Below, in pieces: positions 39,308 through 47,800 of a DNA stretch of 64,000 nucleotides. Source of the DNA: an uncultured Verrucomicrobiae bacterium (lineage in GTDB: Bacteria > Verrucomicrobiota > Verrucomicrobiia > Chthoniobacterales > UBA10450); contig CAWIBO010000002.1 of NCBI GenBank assembly GCA_963834385.1, positions 352,001-416,000 of the forward strand, in the 5' to 3' direction. A model generated the notes under the pieces. The model was not told the origin of the DNA, ran no database searches, and saw nothing but the letters and a program-made list of their open reading frames with translations. How positions within the stretch are numbered: the first letter of the stretch is position 1; every line of letters starts with the position of its first letter. The position numbers and the translations under genes are program-made.

Positions 39308-40438
39308 TCAGGATGCCAGCAGGCTCGTTCCCACCGGCCACTCGGTTTGAAAGTAATCCGCCAGGGTCGCGGCCACATCGGCAAAGGTCGCGCGCTCGCC
39401 CAGGTCCCGCGATGCGCCCGGCAAAAGGAAGATCGGGACCTGCTCGCGGGTATGGTCGGTCCCGCGAAAGGTGGGATCGTTGCCGTGGTCGGCCGTGATC
39501 AGGACCAGGTCGTCCGGCCGGATCAGCTCGAGGAAGGAACCGAGCCAGCGGTCAAATTCCTGCAGCGCCCCGGCGTAGCCGGCCACATCGCGGCGGTGCC
39601 CGAAAAGCATGTCGAAGTCGACCAGGTTGGCGAAAAGCAGGCCGCGCGCGGTCTGTTGCCAGAGTTCGCTGATGCGCTGCATGCCTTCGCCGTTCGAAGC
39701 GGTGGGGTGCGATTCCGTGAGGCCGCGCCCCGCAAAGATGTCTCCAATTTTCCCGATACCGATCACAGGCAGCAGCTTCTCCGCCAGGGCCTCCAGAATT
39801 GTGCGGGGTGGTTTCAGGGAAAAATCGTGGCGGCGGGCGGTGCGCCGGAACGAACCCGGGGCTCCCGTGAAGGGCCGGGCGATGACGCGCCCGATCAGGT
39901 AACGGTCCGCGACCACACGAGCCGCTTCGCAGATCTCGTAAAGGCGCGGGGGCGAAATGATCTCCTCGTGCGCGGCGATCTGCAGGACGGAATCAGCCGA
40001 GGTGTAGAGGATGGGCGACCCGGTGCGCAGATGTTCCGGGCCGAGTTCCTCGAGCACGGCGGTGCCACTGCGCGCAAAGTTGCCGAGGAAAGTGACTCCG
40101 GCAGACTGTTCGATCTCCCGCACCAGTTCATCGGGAAAGCGTTCATGGACGGCAAACGGTTCCGCGAGGACCACGCCGGCCAGCTCCCAGTGCCCGGTGG
40201 TGGTGTCCTTGCCCGGCGATCGTTCCCGCATCCGCCCATAGGAGGCGCGGTAGGGCGGCGCGGCGGCAAGACCGGGCACCAGTTCCGGGAGGCCGAGCGA
40301 AACGAGGTTCGGCAGGGCGAGGCCGGGCTCCGCCTCGAGAATGTGGCCGAGCGTGTTGGCACCCTCGTCGCCATAGGCCGCGGCGTCCGGCGCGTGTCCG
40401 ATCCCGACGCTGTCGAGCACGAGCAAAAGCGCTCGCAC
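39308..40438 (-). CDS. deoB: Phosphopentomutase
   Basis: VLDSVGIG, GKDTTTGHWE, YTSADSV, NLVDFD..FGHRRD, TADHGNDP, DHTRE. Confidence 0.97.
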   Translation of the reverse strand: MRALLLVLDSVGIGHAPDAAAYGDEGANTLGHILEAEPGLALPNLVSLGLPELVPGLAAAPPYRASYGRMRERSPGKDTTTGHWELAGVVLAEPFAVHERFPDELVREIEQSAGVTFLGNFARSGTAVLEELGPEHLRTGSPILYTSADSVLQIAAHEEIISPPRLYEICEAARVVADRYLIGRVIARPFTGAPGSFRRTARRHDFSLKPPRTILEALAEKLLPVIGIGKIGDIFAGRGLTESHPTASNGEGMQRISELWQQTARGLLFANLVDFDMLFGHRRDVAGYAGALQEFDRWLGSFLELIRPDDLVLITADHGNDPTFRGTDHTREQVPIFLLPGASRDLGERATFADVAATLADYFQTEWPVGTSLLAS

Positions 40439-40454
40439 GGTCAGGGACCCCGCA

Positions 40455-41333
40455 TCAGAGCCCGATCGGGTGCCAGGCCGTTTTCATTTCCACGGTCTCG
40501 AGGATCCAGTAGGGATCCTGCCCGGCCTCTCCGCGCCAGTCGTTCGCGGCAAGTTCCCGCCGGAAATAACGTTTCACGTTGAACTCGCCGCCGGTCTGCA
40601 ATTTTCGGCTGACGGCGTCATCGCCCGCGCCGTCCACGATGGCGTTCACGTCCATGTGACTGGCAAAATGCGGGGCCAGCTCCGTCCGGTCGCCGGCGAG
40701 GACGTTGACCACGCCGCCGGGGAGATCGCTTGTGGCGAGCACCTCGGAAAAGGTGAGGGCGGGAAGCGGTTTCGCGGACGAAGGCAGGAGGATGGCCGTG
40801 TTGCCGGAAAGAATGACGGGCGCGAGGAGCGAGACCAGCCCGAGCAGGGCGGGTTCGTCCGGGCAAAGGATGATCACGACGCCGGTGGGCTCGGGCGTGG
40901 TGAAATTGAAATGGGAACTGGCCACGGGATTCACGCTTCCGAAAACCTGGGAGAACTTGTCCGTCCACCCGGCGAAATGGACCAGCCGATCCACCGCCAG
41001 CGAGGTCTCCTCGTCCGCCTGCCGGATGGTGGCGCCGGCCCGGAAAAGTTCGTCGGCCAGCTCGGCCCGGCGCATCTCGAGCATTTCGGCCGCGCGGTAA
41101 AGGATCTGGCCGCGCAAATAGGCACTTTGTTTGGACCAGCCGCCGAAAGCCGCCCGCGCCGCCGTTACGGCATCGCGGAAATCCTTGCGCGAGGCCCGGC
41201 AGTATTGGGCGATCAGTTCGCCGTTCTCCCGCAGGGCGGGCATGACGCGTCCGTTCTCGCCCCGGACGAATTTTCCCCCGATAAGCAGCTTGTAGGTTTT
41301 CTGAACTGCGAGACGTTGTTCGGCCTTGGGCAC
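40455..41333 (-). CDS. Short aldehyde dehydrogenase-like protein (NAD-binding half only)
   Basis: KTYKLLIGGKF, SDLPGGVVN, KTAWHPIG; 292 aa with no ELGGK or catalytic-Cys domain. Confidence 0.85.
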   Translation of the reverse strand: MPKAEQRLAVQKTYKLLIGGKFVRGENGRVMPALRENGELIAQYCRASRKDFRDAVTAARAAFGGWSKQSAYLRGQILYRAAEMLEMRRAELADELFRAGATIRQADEETSLAVDRLVHFAGWTDKFSQVFGSVNPVASSHFNFTTPEPTGVVIILCPDEPALLGLVSLLAPVILSGNTAILLPSSAKPLPALTFSEVLATSDLPGGVVNVLAGDRTELAPHFASHMDVNAIVDGAGDDAVSRKLQTGGEFNVKRYFRRELAANDWRGEAGQDPYWILETVEMKTAWHPIGL

Positions 41334-41384
41334 GAGGCGACGATTGCTTAAGTGAGCGGAAAAGAAAATGCTAAACCGTCGAAA

Positions 41385-42335
41385 ATGAAAAAATCAGCGA
41401 GGATCTTTGTCGCGGGGCATCGCGGTCTGGTCGGCCGCGCGCTCGTCCGAGCCCTGCAGCGGCAGGGCTTCACCGACATTGTCACGCGGGGGCGGGCCGA
41501 GGTGGACCTGCGCGAGGAGCGGGCGGTGCGCCAGTTTTTCGAGAAGGAGAAACCGTCCCACGTTCTCCTGGCCGCGGCGCGGGTGGGCGGGATCAAGGCG
41601 AACAACGACTTCCCGGTCGAGTTCATGCTGGAAAACCTGGCCATCCAGAACAGCGTCATCAGTTCCGCGCACGCCACCGGGGTGGAGAAGCTGCTCTTTC
41701 TCGGCAGCTCCTGCATTTACCCGAAGTTTGCACCCCAGCCGATCCCGGAGAGCGCGCTTCTCACCGGCGCGCTTGAGCCGACCAACGACGCCTACGCCGT
41801 GGCCAAGATCGCCGGGATCAAGCTTTGCCAGTCTTACGCGCGAGAATACAACTCCAATTTTATCTCGGCCATGCCGACGAACCTTTACGGGCCGCACGAC
41901 AATTTCGACCTTGTCTCCTCCCACGTCATGCCTGCGCTCATCCGCAAGGCGCACGAGGCAAAAGAAACGGGCGCGCGCGAGCTGGTGGTCTGGGGTTCGG
42001 GCGAACCGCGGCGTGAATTTCTGCACGTGGACGACCTGGCCGATGCCTGTCTTTATCTGCTGGAGCGCTACGATTCGCCGGAGATCGTGAATGTCGGCTG
42101 CGGGGAGGACATCTCCATCCGCGAACTGGCCGAGCTTGTCTGCCAGGTGGTCGGATTCGAGGGCGAGCTGGTCTGGGACCGCTCGAAACCCGACGGCACC
42201 CCGCGAAAACTGCTCGACGTCACGAAACTGCGCGGGCTCGGTTGGAACCCGCGGATCGGGTTGCGTGAAGGAATCGAAAGCACTTATCGCTGGTTCCGCG
42301 AACACATCACCGCCGGCGAGGCGCCCCCCCGATGA
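41385..42335 (+). CDS. fcl: GDP-L-fucose synthase
   Basis: GHRGLVG, AARVGGI, GSSCIYP, YAVAK, MPTNLYG, KPDGTPRK. Confidence 0.96.
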   Translation: MKKSARIFVAGHRGLVGRALVRALQRQGFTDIVTRGRAEVDLREERAVRQFFEKEKPSHVLLAAARVGGIKANNDFPVEFMLENLAIQNSVISSAHATGVEKLLFLGSSCIYPKFAPQPIPESALLTGALEPTNDAYAVAKIAGIKLCQSYAREYNSNFISAMPTNLYGPHDNFDLVSSHVMPALIRKAHEAKETGARELVVWGSGEPRREFLHVDDLADACLYLLERYDSPEIVNVGCGEDISIRELAELVCQVVGFEGELVWDRSKPDGTPRKLLDVTKLRGLGWNPRIGLREGIESTYRWFREHITAGEAPPR

Positions 42336-43261
42336 ACCGTCCGCGCGTTGGCGTCGTTGGTGTCGGCCACATTGGCGCCAATCATGCCCGCCTTTACGGC
42401 GCCCTGCCCCAGGCGGAGTTCACCGCGGTGCACGACACGGACAGGCGCATCGCGGAGAAGGTGGCCGGTAAGCACAAGGTCCGGGCCGCGGCCACCCTGG
42501 AGGAATTCGCGGCGCAGGTCGACGCGGTTTCCATTGCCACGCCCACGGCGACGCATTACGAGATCGCAAAAACGCTGCTGGGGCTCGGGAAGCATTTGCT
42601 CATCGAGAAACCGATCACGGAGAACACGGCGCACGCCAGCGAACTGGCCGCCCTGGCCGCGGAGCGCAACGTCGTTCTCCAGGTCGGTCACGTGGAACGG
42701 TTCAACCCGGTCCTGGGCGCCCTCGAGGAGCGGCTCACGCATCCCCGCTTCATCGAGGCGCACCGGCTTTCGCCCTACCCGGACCGCAGCACCGATATCA
42801 GCGTGGTCCTCGATCTCATGATTCACGATCTCGAGATCATCCTCCACCTGGTGCGGTCGCCCGTGCAGAACATTGACGCGGTTGGCGTCCCGGTCCTGAG
42901 CCGGAGCGAGGATATCGCCAACGCGCGTCTCCGGTTTGAGAATGGCTGCGTCGCCAACATCACCTCCAGCCGGATCAGCCCGGAAAAGATGCGCAAGATC
43001 CGCGTTTTCCAGGAGGACGCCTACCTCTCGCTCGATTACCAGAACCAGACGGGCGAGATTTATCGCCGGACTGGCACCGGAATCACGCGGGAAAAGGTGC
43101 CGATTGAGCGGGATGAGCCGTTGCGCGGCCAGCTTGCCTCGTTCGTTGAGTGCGCCGCCACCGGGCGCCAGCCGAAAGTCTCGGGGTTCCAAGCCACCGC
43201 CGCGCTGGAGCTGGCGGTGCGAATCACCGAACGAATCGGCGAAACGCCCTTTGGGCCATGA
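42332..43261 (+). CDS. Gfo/Idh/MocA oxidoreductase (GnnA-like)
   Basis: GVGHIG, IEKPI, VGHVERFNP, DLMIHD; lies upstream of lpxB. Confidence 0.85.
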   Translation: MNRPRVGVVGVGHIGANHARLYGALPQAEFTAVHDTDRRIAEKVAGKHKVRAAATLEEFAAQVDAVSIATPTATHYEIAKTLLGLGKHLLIEKPITENTAHASELAALAAERNVVLQVGHVERFNPVLGALEERLTHPRFIEAHRLSPYPDRSTDISVVLDLMIHDLEIILHLVRSPVQNIDAVGVPVLSRSEDIANARLRFENGCVANITSSRISPEKMRKIRVFQEDAYLSLDYQNQTGEIYRRTGTGITREKVPIERDEPLRGQLASFVECAATGRQPKVSGFQATAALELAVRITERIGETPFGP

Positions 43262-43773
43262 TCGCCTGCCCGGAACAACTGGACGCGGAGGGACGCGCTT
43301 CCGCGCGTCCACTCTCCTCCCGTCGCCATCCGCTGCACCTTCCTCCGGCGGAAAGGCATGGACGTTCAATCATCGTTTTTGTTACCGCCTGCACCAGCCG
43401 GCGGCGGAAGATTCTGGCTTCACCCGGCGCCCACGAGGCAATCGTCGAAGCCTGGCGCCAGGCGAATCAATGGCTGGTTGGGCGATATGTCATCATGCCG
43501 GACCATGTGCATTTTTTCTGCGCGCCCGCTGATTTGGCCGGAGGATCGTCACTTGAGAGATGGATGCAATACTGGAAGTCCATCGTCACGCGGCAATTAG
43601 GAGGGACCGGCGGGCGTGTATGGCAACGTCATCACTGGGATCGCCAACTCCGCCGCAGAGAAAGCTACGACGAGAAATGGAAGTATGTCTGCGGCAACCC
43701 AGTGCGGCACTCACTCGTGGAAAATGAGCGCACCTGGCCGTTCCAGGGAGAACTGAACAAGCTGCGATGGTAA
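43258..43773 (+). mobile_element. REP-associated tyrosine transposase (RAYT, IS200/Y1-like HUH)
   Basis: FVTAC, YVIMPDHVH (HUH), WQRHHWDR, KYVCGNPVR (Y..NP); associated with REPs on both sides. Confidence 0.9.
43287..43310 (+). repeat. REP (GGAG-foot) at the 5' end of the RAYT
   Basis: GGAG-GGACGCGC-TTCC-GCGCGTCC. Confidence 0.9.
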
Positions 43774-43784
43774 ACGCGCGCATT

Positions 43785-43830
43785 GGACGCGCAGAAGCGC
43801 GTCGCCGGAGGGACATGCTTCCGCATGTCC
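43785..43830. repeat. REP doublet downstream of the RAYT
   Basis: GGACGCGC-AGAA-GCGCGTCG-CC|GGAG-GGACATGC-TTCC-GCATGTCC. Confidence 0.9.
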
Positions 43831-43883
43831 GGGAATGCAAACGGCGGGCTTCCTCGCGTCTCACGACGGAACCCAGGAAAGAC

Positions 43884-45017
43884 ATGAAGCTTTACTTTGT
43901 TGCGGGTGAAGCCAGCGGTGATAACCACGGCGCCGCCCTCCTGGAGGCGCTGCGGGCAGCCGATCCCGCCCTGGAATTCGCCGGCCGCGGCGGGCCGCGT
44001 CTGCGCGCCCTGGCTGGTGACGGAATCCACGATTGGATCGGCGAGGCTGCGGTGGTCGGGCTCTGGGAAGTGCTCAAGAAGTACGGCTGGTTTCGCGCCC
44101 AGTTCCAGGAGGTCCTGCGCGAGATCGACCGCGCCGCGCCGGACGCGGTGGTCCTGATCGATTATCCCGGTTTCAATCTCCGTCTGGCCCGCACCCTGCG
44201 CGCGCGCCATCCCGCGTTGCGCATCATTTATTACATCAGTCCGCAGGTCTGGGCCTGGCATCGCGGACGCATCGGGCGCATGGCGGGATATCTCGACCTG
44301 ATGCTCTGCATCTTTCCGTTCGAAGCCGCGCTATACCAGCAGTCGGGGTTGCGGGCCATCTTTGTGGGCCACCCGATGACGGAAACGGCCGTGCCGCCAC
44401 CAGCGCCGGAGACGCGCGACCGTGACCTGGTCGCCCTTTTTCCGGGCAGTCGAAAAAGGGAGGTCAGCAAAATACTGCCGGTCCTGCTGGAAGCGGCGGC
44501 GCATCTCCTGGCGGCCCGGCCGGCCACCCGTTTCGAGATCGCGGCTGCCTCGGCCGGGATGGCGGAGATGGCGCAGGAGCTTTTGGCCGGCACGAAGCTC
44601 GCGCCTGACCGGGTGACCATCCGGACGGGTGAGGGGAGAGAGCTGATGCGTCGCGCACATATCGGTTTGATTGCCTCCGGCACCGCCACGCTCGAGGCGG
44701 CCTTGCACCGGCTTCCCTTCCTGCTCGTCTACAAGGTGTCGCCGCTGACTTATCTCGCGGCCCGACTTCTGGTCCAGGTGCCTCATCTGGGGATGCCCAA
44801 CGTCATTGCTGGACGCGAGATTGTGCCGGAGTTCATCCAGGGGAAGGCCGATCCCCGTCTGCTCGCGGAAAGTGCGCTCACCCTGATTTACAGCGAGCAC
44901 GCCCGCGCCGCCATGCGACAAGACTTTGATGCGGTGGTGGCGCAGTTGGGCGAGGAAGGCGCGAGCCGAAAGGCGGCGGCGGCCATCATGGAAGAATTGC
45001 GCCGGCCAGCCGCCTGA
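43884..45017 (+). CDS. lpxB: Lipid-A-disaccharide synthase
   Basis: VAGEASGD, IDYPGFN, YISPQVWAW, FVGHP, FPGSR, SGTATLE. Confidence 0.97.
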   Translation: MKLYFVAGEASGDNHGAALLEALRAADPALEFAGRGGPRLRALAGDGIHDWIGEAAVVGLWEVLKKYGWFRAQFQEVLREIDRAAPDAVVLIDYPGFNLRLARTLRARHPALRIIYYISPQVWAWHRGRIGRMAGYLDLMLCIFPFEAALYQQSGLRAIFVGHPMTETAVPPPAPETRDRDLVALFPGSRKREVSKILPVLLEAAAHLLAARPATRFEIAAASAGMAEMAQELLAGTKLAPDRVTIRTGEGRELMRRAHIGLIASGTATLEAALHRLPFLLVYKVSPLTYLAARLLVQVPHLGMPNVIAGREIVPEFIQGKADPRLLAESALTLIYSEHARAAMRQDFDAVVAQLGEEGASRKAAAAIMEELRRPAA

Positions 45018-45065
45018 CCCGAAAAAGCGCCTCCGGCCCCGCGCAATTATGTATACTCCGGCAGC

Positions 45066-46520
45066 GTGAGCGATCTTCCGTCCATCCAGAACTTCATCGG
45101 CGGCGAATTCGTTGCGCCCTCAGGGGGCAAATATCTTGGCAACATCGAGCCGGCCACGGGAAAGGTTTACTCGCAGGTGCCGGATGGCGACGCGAACGAT
45201 GTGGAGAAGGCGGTCGCGGCGGCGGAGAAGGCGTTTCCCGATTGGGCGCGCACGCCGGCGGCGGATCGATCGCGCATTTTGCTGCGCATCGCCGAGCTGA
45301 TCGAGCGCGACCTGGAAAAGCTCGCGCGCGCGGAGTCGATCGATACCGGCAAACCGCTCGCGCTCGCGCGCAGCCTCGACATTCCGCGGGCGGCTTCGAA
45401 TTTTCGCTTTTTCGCCACCGCCATCCTGCACACCGAGAACGAGGCGCACGTCACCGACGGTGTGGCGTTCAACTACACCCTGCGCCAGCCGCGCGGGATC
45501 GTGGGCCTCATCTCGCCATGGAATCTGCCGCTCTACCTCTTGAGCTGGAAAATTGCGCCGGCCATCGCCTGCGGGAACACCGCGGTCGCCAAACCGAGTG
45601 AGCTGACGCCGATGACCGCGTATTTGCTCTGCGAGATTTGTCGTGAAGCCGGGCTGCCACCCGGCGTGCTCAACATCGTCCACGGCACCGGGCCGAACGT
45701 CGGGCAAGCCATCACCGCGCACCCGAAGATCGGCACGATCTCGTTTACCGGTGGCACGGTGACCGGGAAAAAAGTGGCCGAGACATGCGCGCCGATGTTC
45801 AAGAAAGTCTCGCTCGAACTCGGGGGAAAGAATCCCAACATCATCTTTGCCGATGCCGACCTCGAGGCGGCGATCAACGGCAGCCTGAGATCGTCGTTTG
45901 CCAATCAGGGGCAGGTCTGTCTTTGCGGCTCACGCGTTTTCGTCGAGCGGCCGATTTACGATGAGTTCGTCAGGCGCTTCGTCGAGAAGGCCGGCCAGCT
46001 CAAACAAGGCGACCCCCTGGAGGAAAAGACCGAGCAGGGCGCGATCGTCTCGCAAACACAGCTGGAAAAGGTGAAGTTCTACGTCGACCTCGCGCAGAAG
46101 GAGGGTGGCCGGATTGCCTTGGGCGGCAAGAGCCCGAACCCGCCGAACGACCGTTGTGCCGATGGCTATTTCTTTCCGCCGACCGTTCTGACTGACCTTC
46201 CCGTCGCCTGCCGCACGAATCGCGAAGAAATCTTCGGGCCGGTCGTTTCCATCACGCCGTTTGAGCGCGAAGACGAAGTCATCGCGTATGCCAACGACAC
46301 CGAATACGGCCTCGCCTCGAGCGTCTGGACACAAAACCTCGGACGGGCCCATCGCGTCGCCGAGCAGATCCACACTGGGACCGTCTGGGTGAACTGCTGG
46401 CTCGTGCGCGACCTTCGCGTCCCCTTTGGCGGAATGAAGGCGAGCGGCGTCGGCCGCGAAGGGGGCAACGAAGCGCTGCACTTTTTCACCGAACCGAAAA
46501 ATATCTGTATCGCCCGGTAG
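45066..46520 (+). CDS. 2-aminomuconate/2-hydroxymuconate semialdehyde dehydrogenase (ALDH8-like)
   Basis: DIPRAASNFRFF, ISPWNLPLYLL, LELGGKN, NQGQVCLCGSR, RDLRVPFGG. Confidence 0.88.
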   Translation: MSDLPSIQNFIGGEFVAPSGGKYLGNIEPATGKVYSQVPDGDANDVEKAVAAAEKAFPDWARTPAADRSRILLRIAELIERDLEKLARAESIDTGKPLALARSLDIPRAASNFRFFATAILHTENEAHVTDGVAFNYTLRQPRGIVGLISPWNLPLYLLSWKIAPAIACGNTAVAKPSELTPMTAYLLCEICREAGLPPGVLNIVHGTGPNVGQAITAHPKIGTISFTGGTVTGKKVAETCAPMFKKVSLELGGKNPNIIFADADLEAAINGSLRSSFANQGQVCLCGSRVFVERPIYDEFVRRFVEKAGQLKQGDPLEEKTEQGAIVSQTQLEKVKFYVDLAQKEGGRIALGGKSPNPPNDRCADGYFFPPTVLTDLPVACRTNREEIFGPVVSITPFEREDEVIAYANDTEYGLASSVWTQNLGRAHRVAEQIHTGTVWVNCWLVRDLRVPFGGMKASGVGREGGNEALHFFTEPKNICIAR

Positions 46521-46667
46521 GTTCCCTTCAGGACGTGGCGATGTGTCGACGTCCATAATCTCGCGCCAATTCGGCCGTCACAGACCGCCGCCGAGTAAGG
46601 ACAAAAGGTGGACGCATTCGCCGGCAGGCGCCACGCGGCTCAGGCTCGGCCGCAGGTCGGCTGGAGT

Positions 46668-46925
46668 TTACGAGACCGGAGGGTCTTCCCGCACGGCATT
46701 TAAGTCTTCCAACTGCGGCACCTGCTCGTCCTCGTATTTCTCGATGAGCAGGCCGACAATTTCCATAAGCGAGGCGAGCGGGTGCGAATCATCGTTTCCG
46801 ACTTCGTCCACGAGTTGATCGAGCAGGACAACGAGTCTCTGGTATTCCAACTCGGTGTGCGGGACGAAGACCGACTGCGAGAGTTCGGGCCAGTGGGCGA
46901 GTGTCGCTTTCAGGGTATCGGTCAT
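46668..46925 (-). CDS. higA: HigA-like antitoxin, N-terminal domain only
   Basis: LLDQLVDEVG...HPLASL....LIEKYEDE; ATGA-coupled to higB. Confidence 0.75.
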   Translation of the reverse strand: MTDTLKATLAHWPELSQSVFVPHTELEYQRLVVLLDQLVDEVGNDDSHPLASLMEIVGLLIEKYEDEQVPQLEDLNAVREDPPVS

Positions 46926-47209
46926 CGTTTCCAGGCTCCGGTGTCGTATTCCGGGTGAGTGAGGACGGCACGAATATATACCTTCCCGCGGTTATAGTGA
47001 AGGGCGGCGATGAGGCGTACTTTGTTGCCGCCGATATTGAAGACAGTGAGTTTTCCCACGAGATCGGCGCTCGGGAAAGTTTCGCGCAGATGGACAAAGC
47101 TGCGAAATCGGCCGCGTTTCATCAGCCGATACCACTGCGCCAGCGCGCTCAACGCTTCGGGATGCTGTTTCGCAAAGTCGTTCAAGCGTTTGCGCGTGAT
47201 GACATGCAT
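46922..47209 (-). CDS. higB: HigB-family mRNA interferase toxin
   Basis: MHVITRKRL, TFPSADLV, VFNIGGNKVRLI, LTHPEYD. Confidence 0.92.
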   Translation of the reverse strand: MHVITRKRLNDFAKQHPEALSALAQWYRLMKRGRFRSFVHLRETFPSADLVGKLTVFNIGGNKVRLIAALHYNRGKVYIRAVLTHPEYDTGAWKR

Positions 47210-47261
47210 CAGGGAAGTCAGCCACAAACCGCGAGCTTGTTCCAGCGCGATGCTGAGAAGC

Positions 47262-47340
47262 GACGGCACGCTGAAGGGAAGAGTCACAAGTTGGTTTACG
47301 AGGGCGTGTTGGGGACGCACCCGTGGGACGACGGTACGCT
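47262..47340 (+). pseudogene. Decayed fragment paralogous to the beta-propeller gene segment 48882-48961
   Basis: Reads KSHKLVYEGVLGTHPWDDGT versus [20 protein letters not shown]; about 61/78 nt identical by hand alignment, with one gap. Confidence 0.75.
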
Positions 47341-47415
47341 GCGGGGTTTTTTAAGTCGGCGGGATGGCGGGGCGCCGTGGTTAGATCTATTATTGCCCGA
47401 TAGGAGGAGGTTGCC

Positions 47416-47694
47416 ATGTGTCGAAACATCAAGACGCTGCATAATTTCGAGCCGCCCGCGACGGAAGCGGAGATTCGCGCCTCGGCCCTGCAGTTTGTGC
47501 GCAAGCTGAGCGGTTTCACCAAGCCGTCGCGGATCAACGAGGAGCCTTTCGAGCGGGCCGTCGAGGAAGTGACGCGGGTCGCGCACGAGCTGCTCGAGGC
47601 ACTGGAGACGAACGCGCCTCCGCGCGATCGCGCGGTGGAGGCCGAGAAGGCGCAGGCGCGATCGCGGGCCCGATTTGCCGGGACCGGCGGCTAA
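47416..47694 (+). CDS. DUF2277 family protein
   Basis: MCRNIKTLHNFEPPAT..EIRASALQFVRKLSG; strong AGGAGG RBS. Confidence 0.9.
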   Translation: MCRNIKTLHNFEPPATEAEIRASALQFVRKLSGFTKPSRINEEPFERAVEEVTRVAHELLEALETNAPPRDRAVEAEKAQARSRARFAGTGG

Positions 47695-47767
47695 GCGGGC
47701 TGGCTGGAGGAATTGGGCGCTGGGAGCCAGACGGCCCTCAGAACACGATTAACAATAAAAGACTTGT

Positions 47768-47799
47768 TGTTTATCAATATGACGCATATTGTTAAGACA
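47768..47799. promoter_or_regulatory. AT-rich imperfect inverted repeat, probable operator of the downstream HTH regulator
   Basis: TGTTTATCAATAT-GACGC-ATATTGTTAAGACA directly before ATG 47801. Confidence 0.55.
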
Positions 47800-47800
47800 T

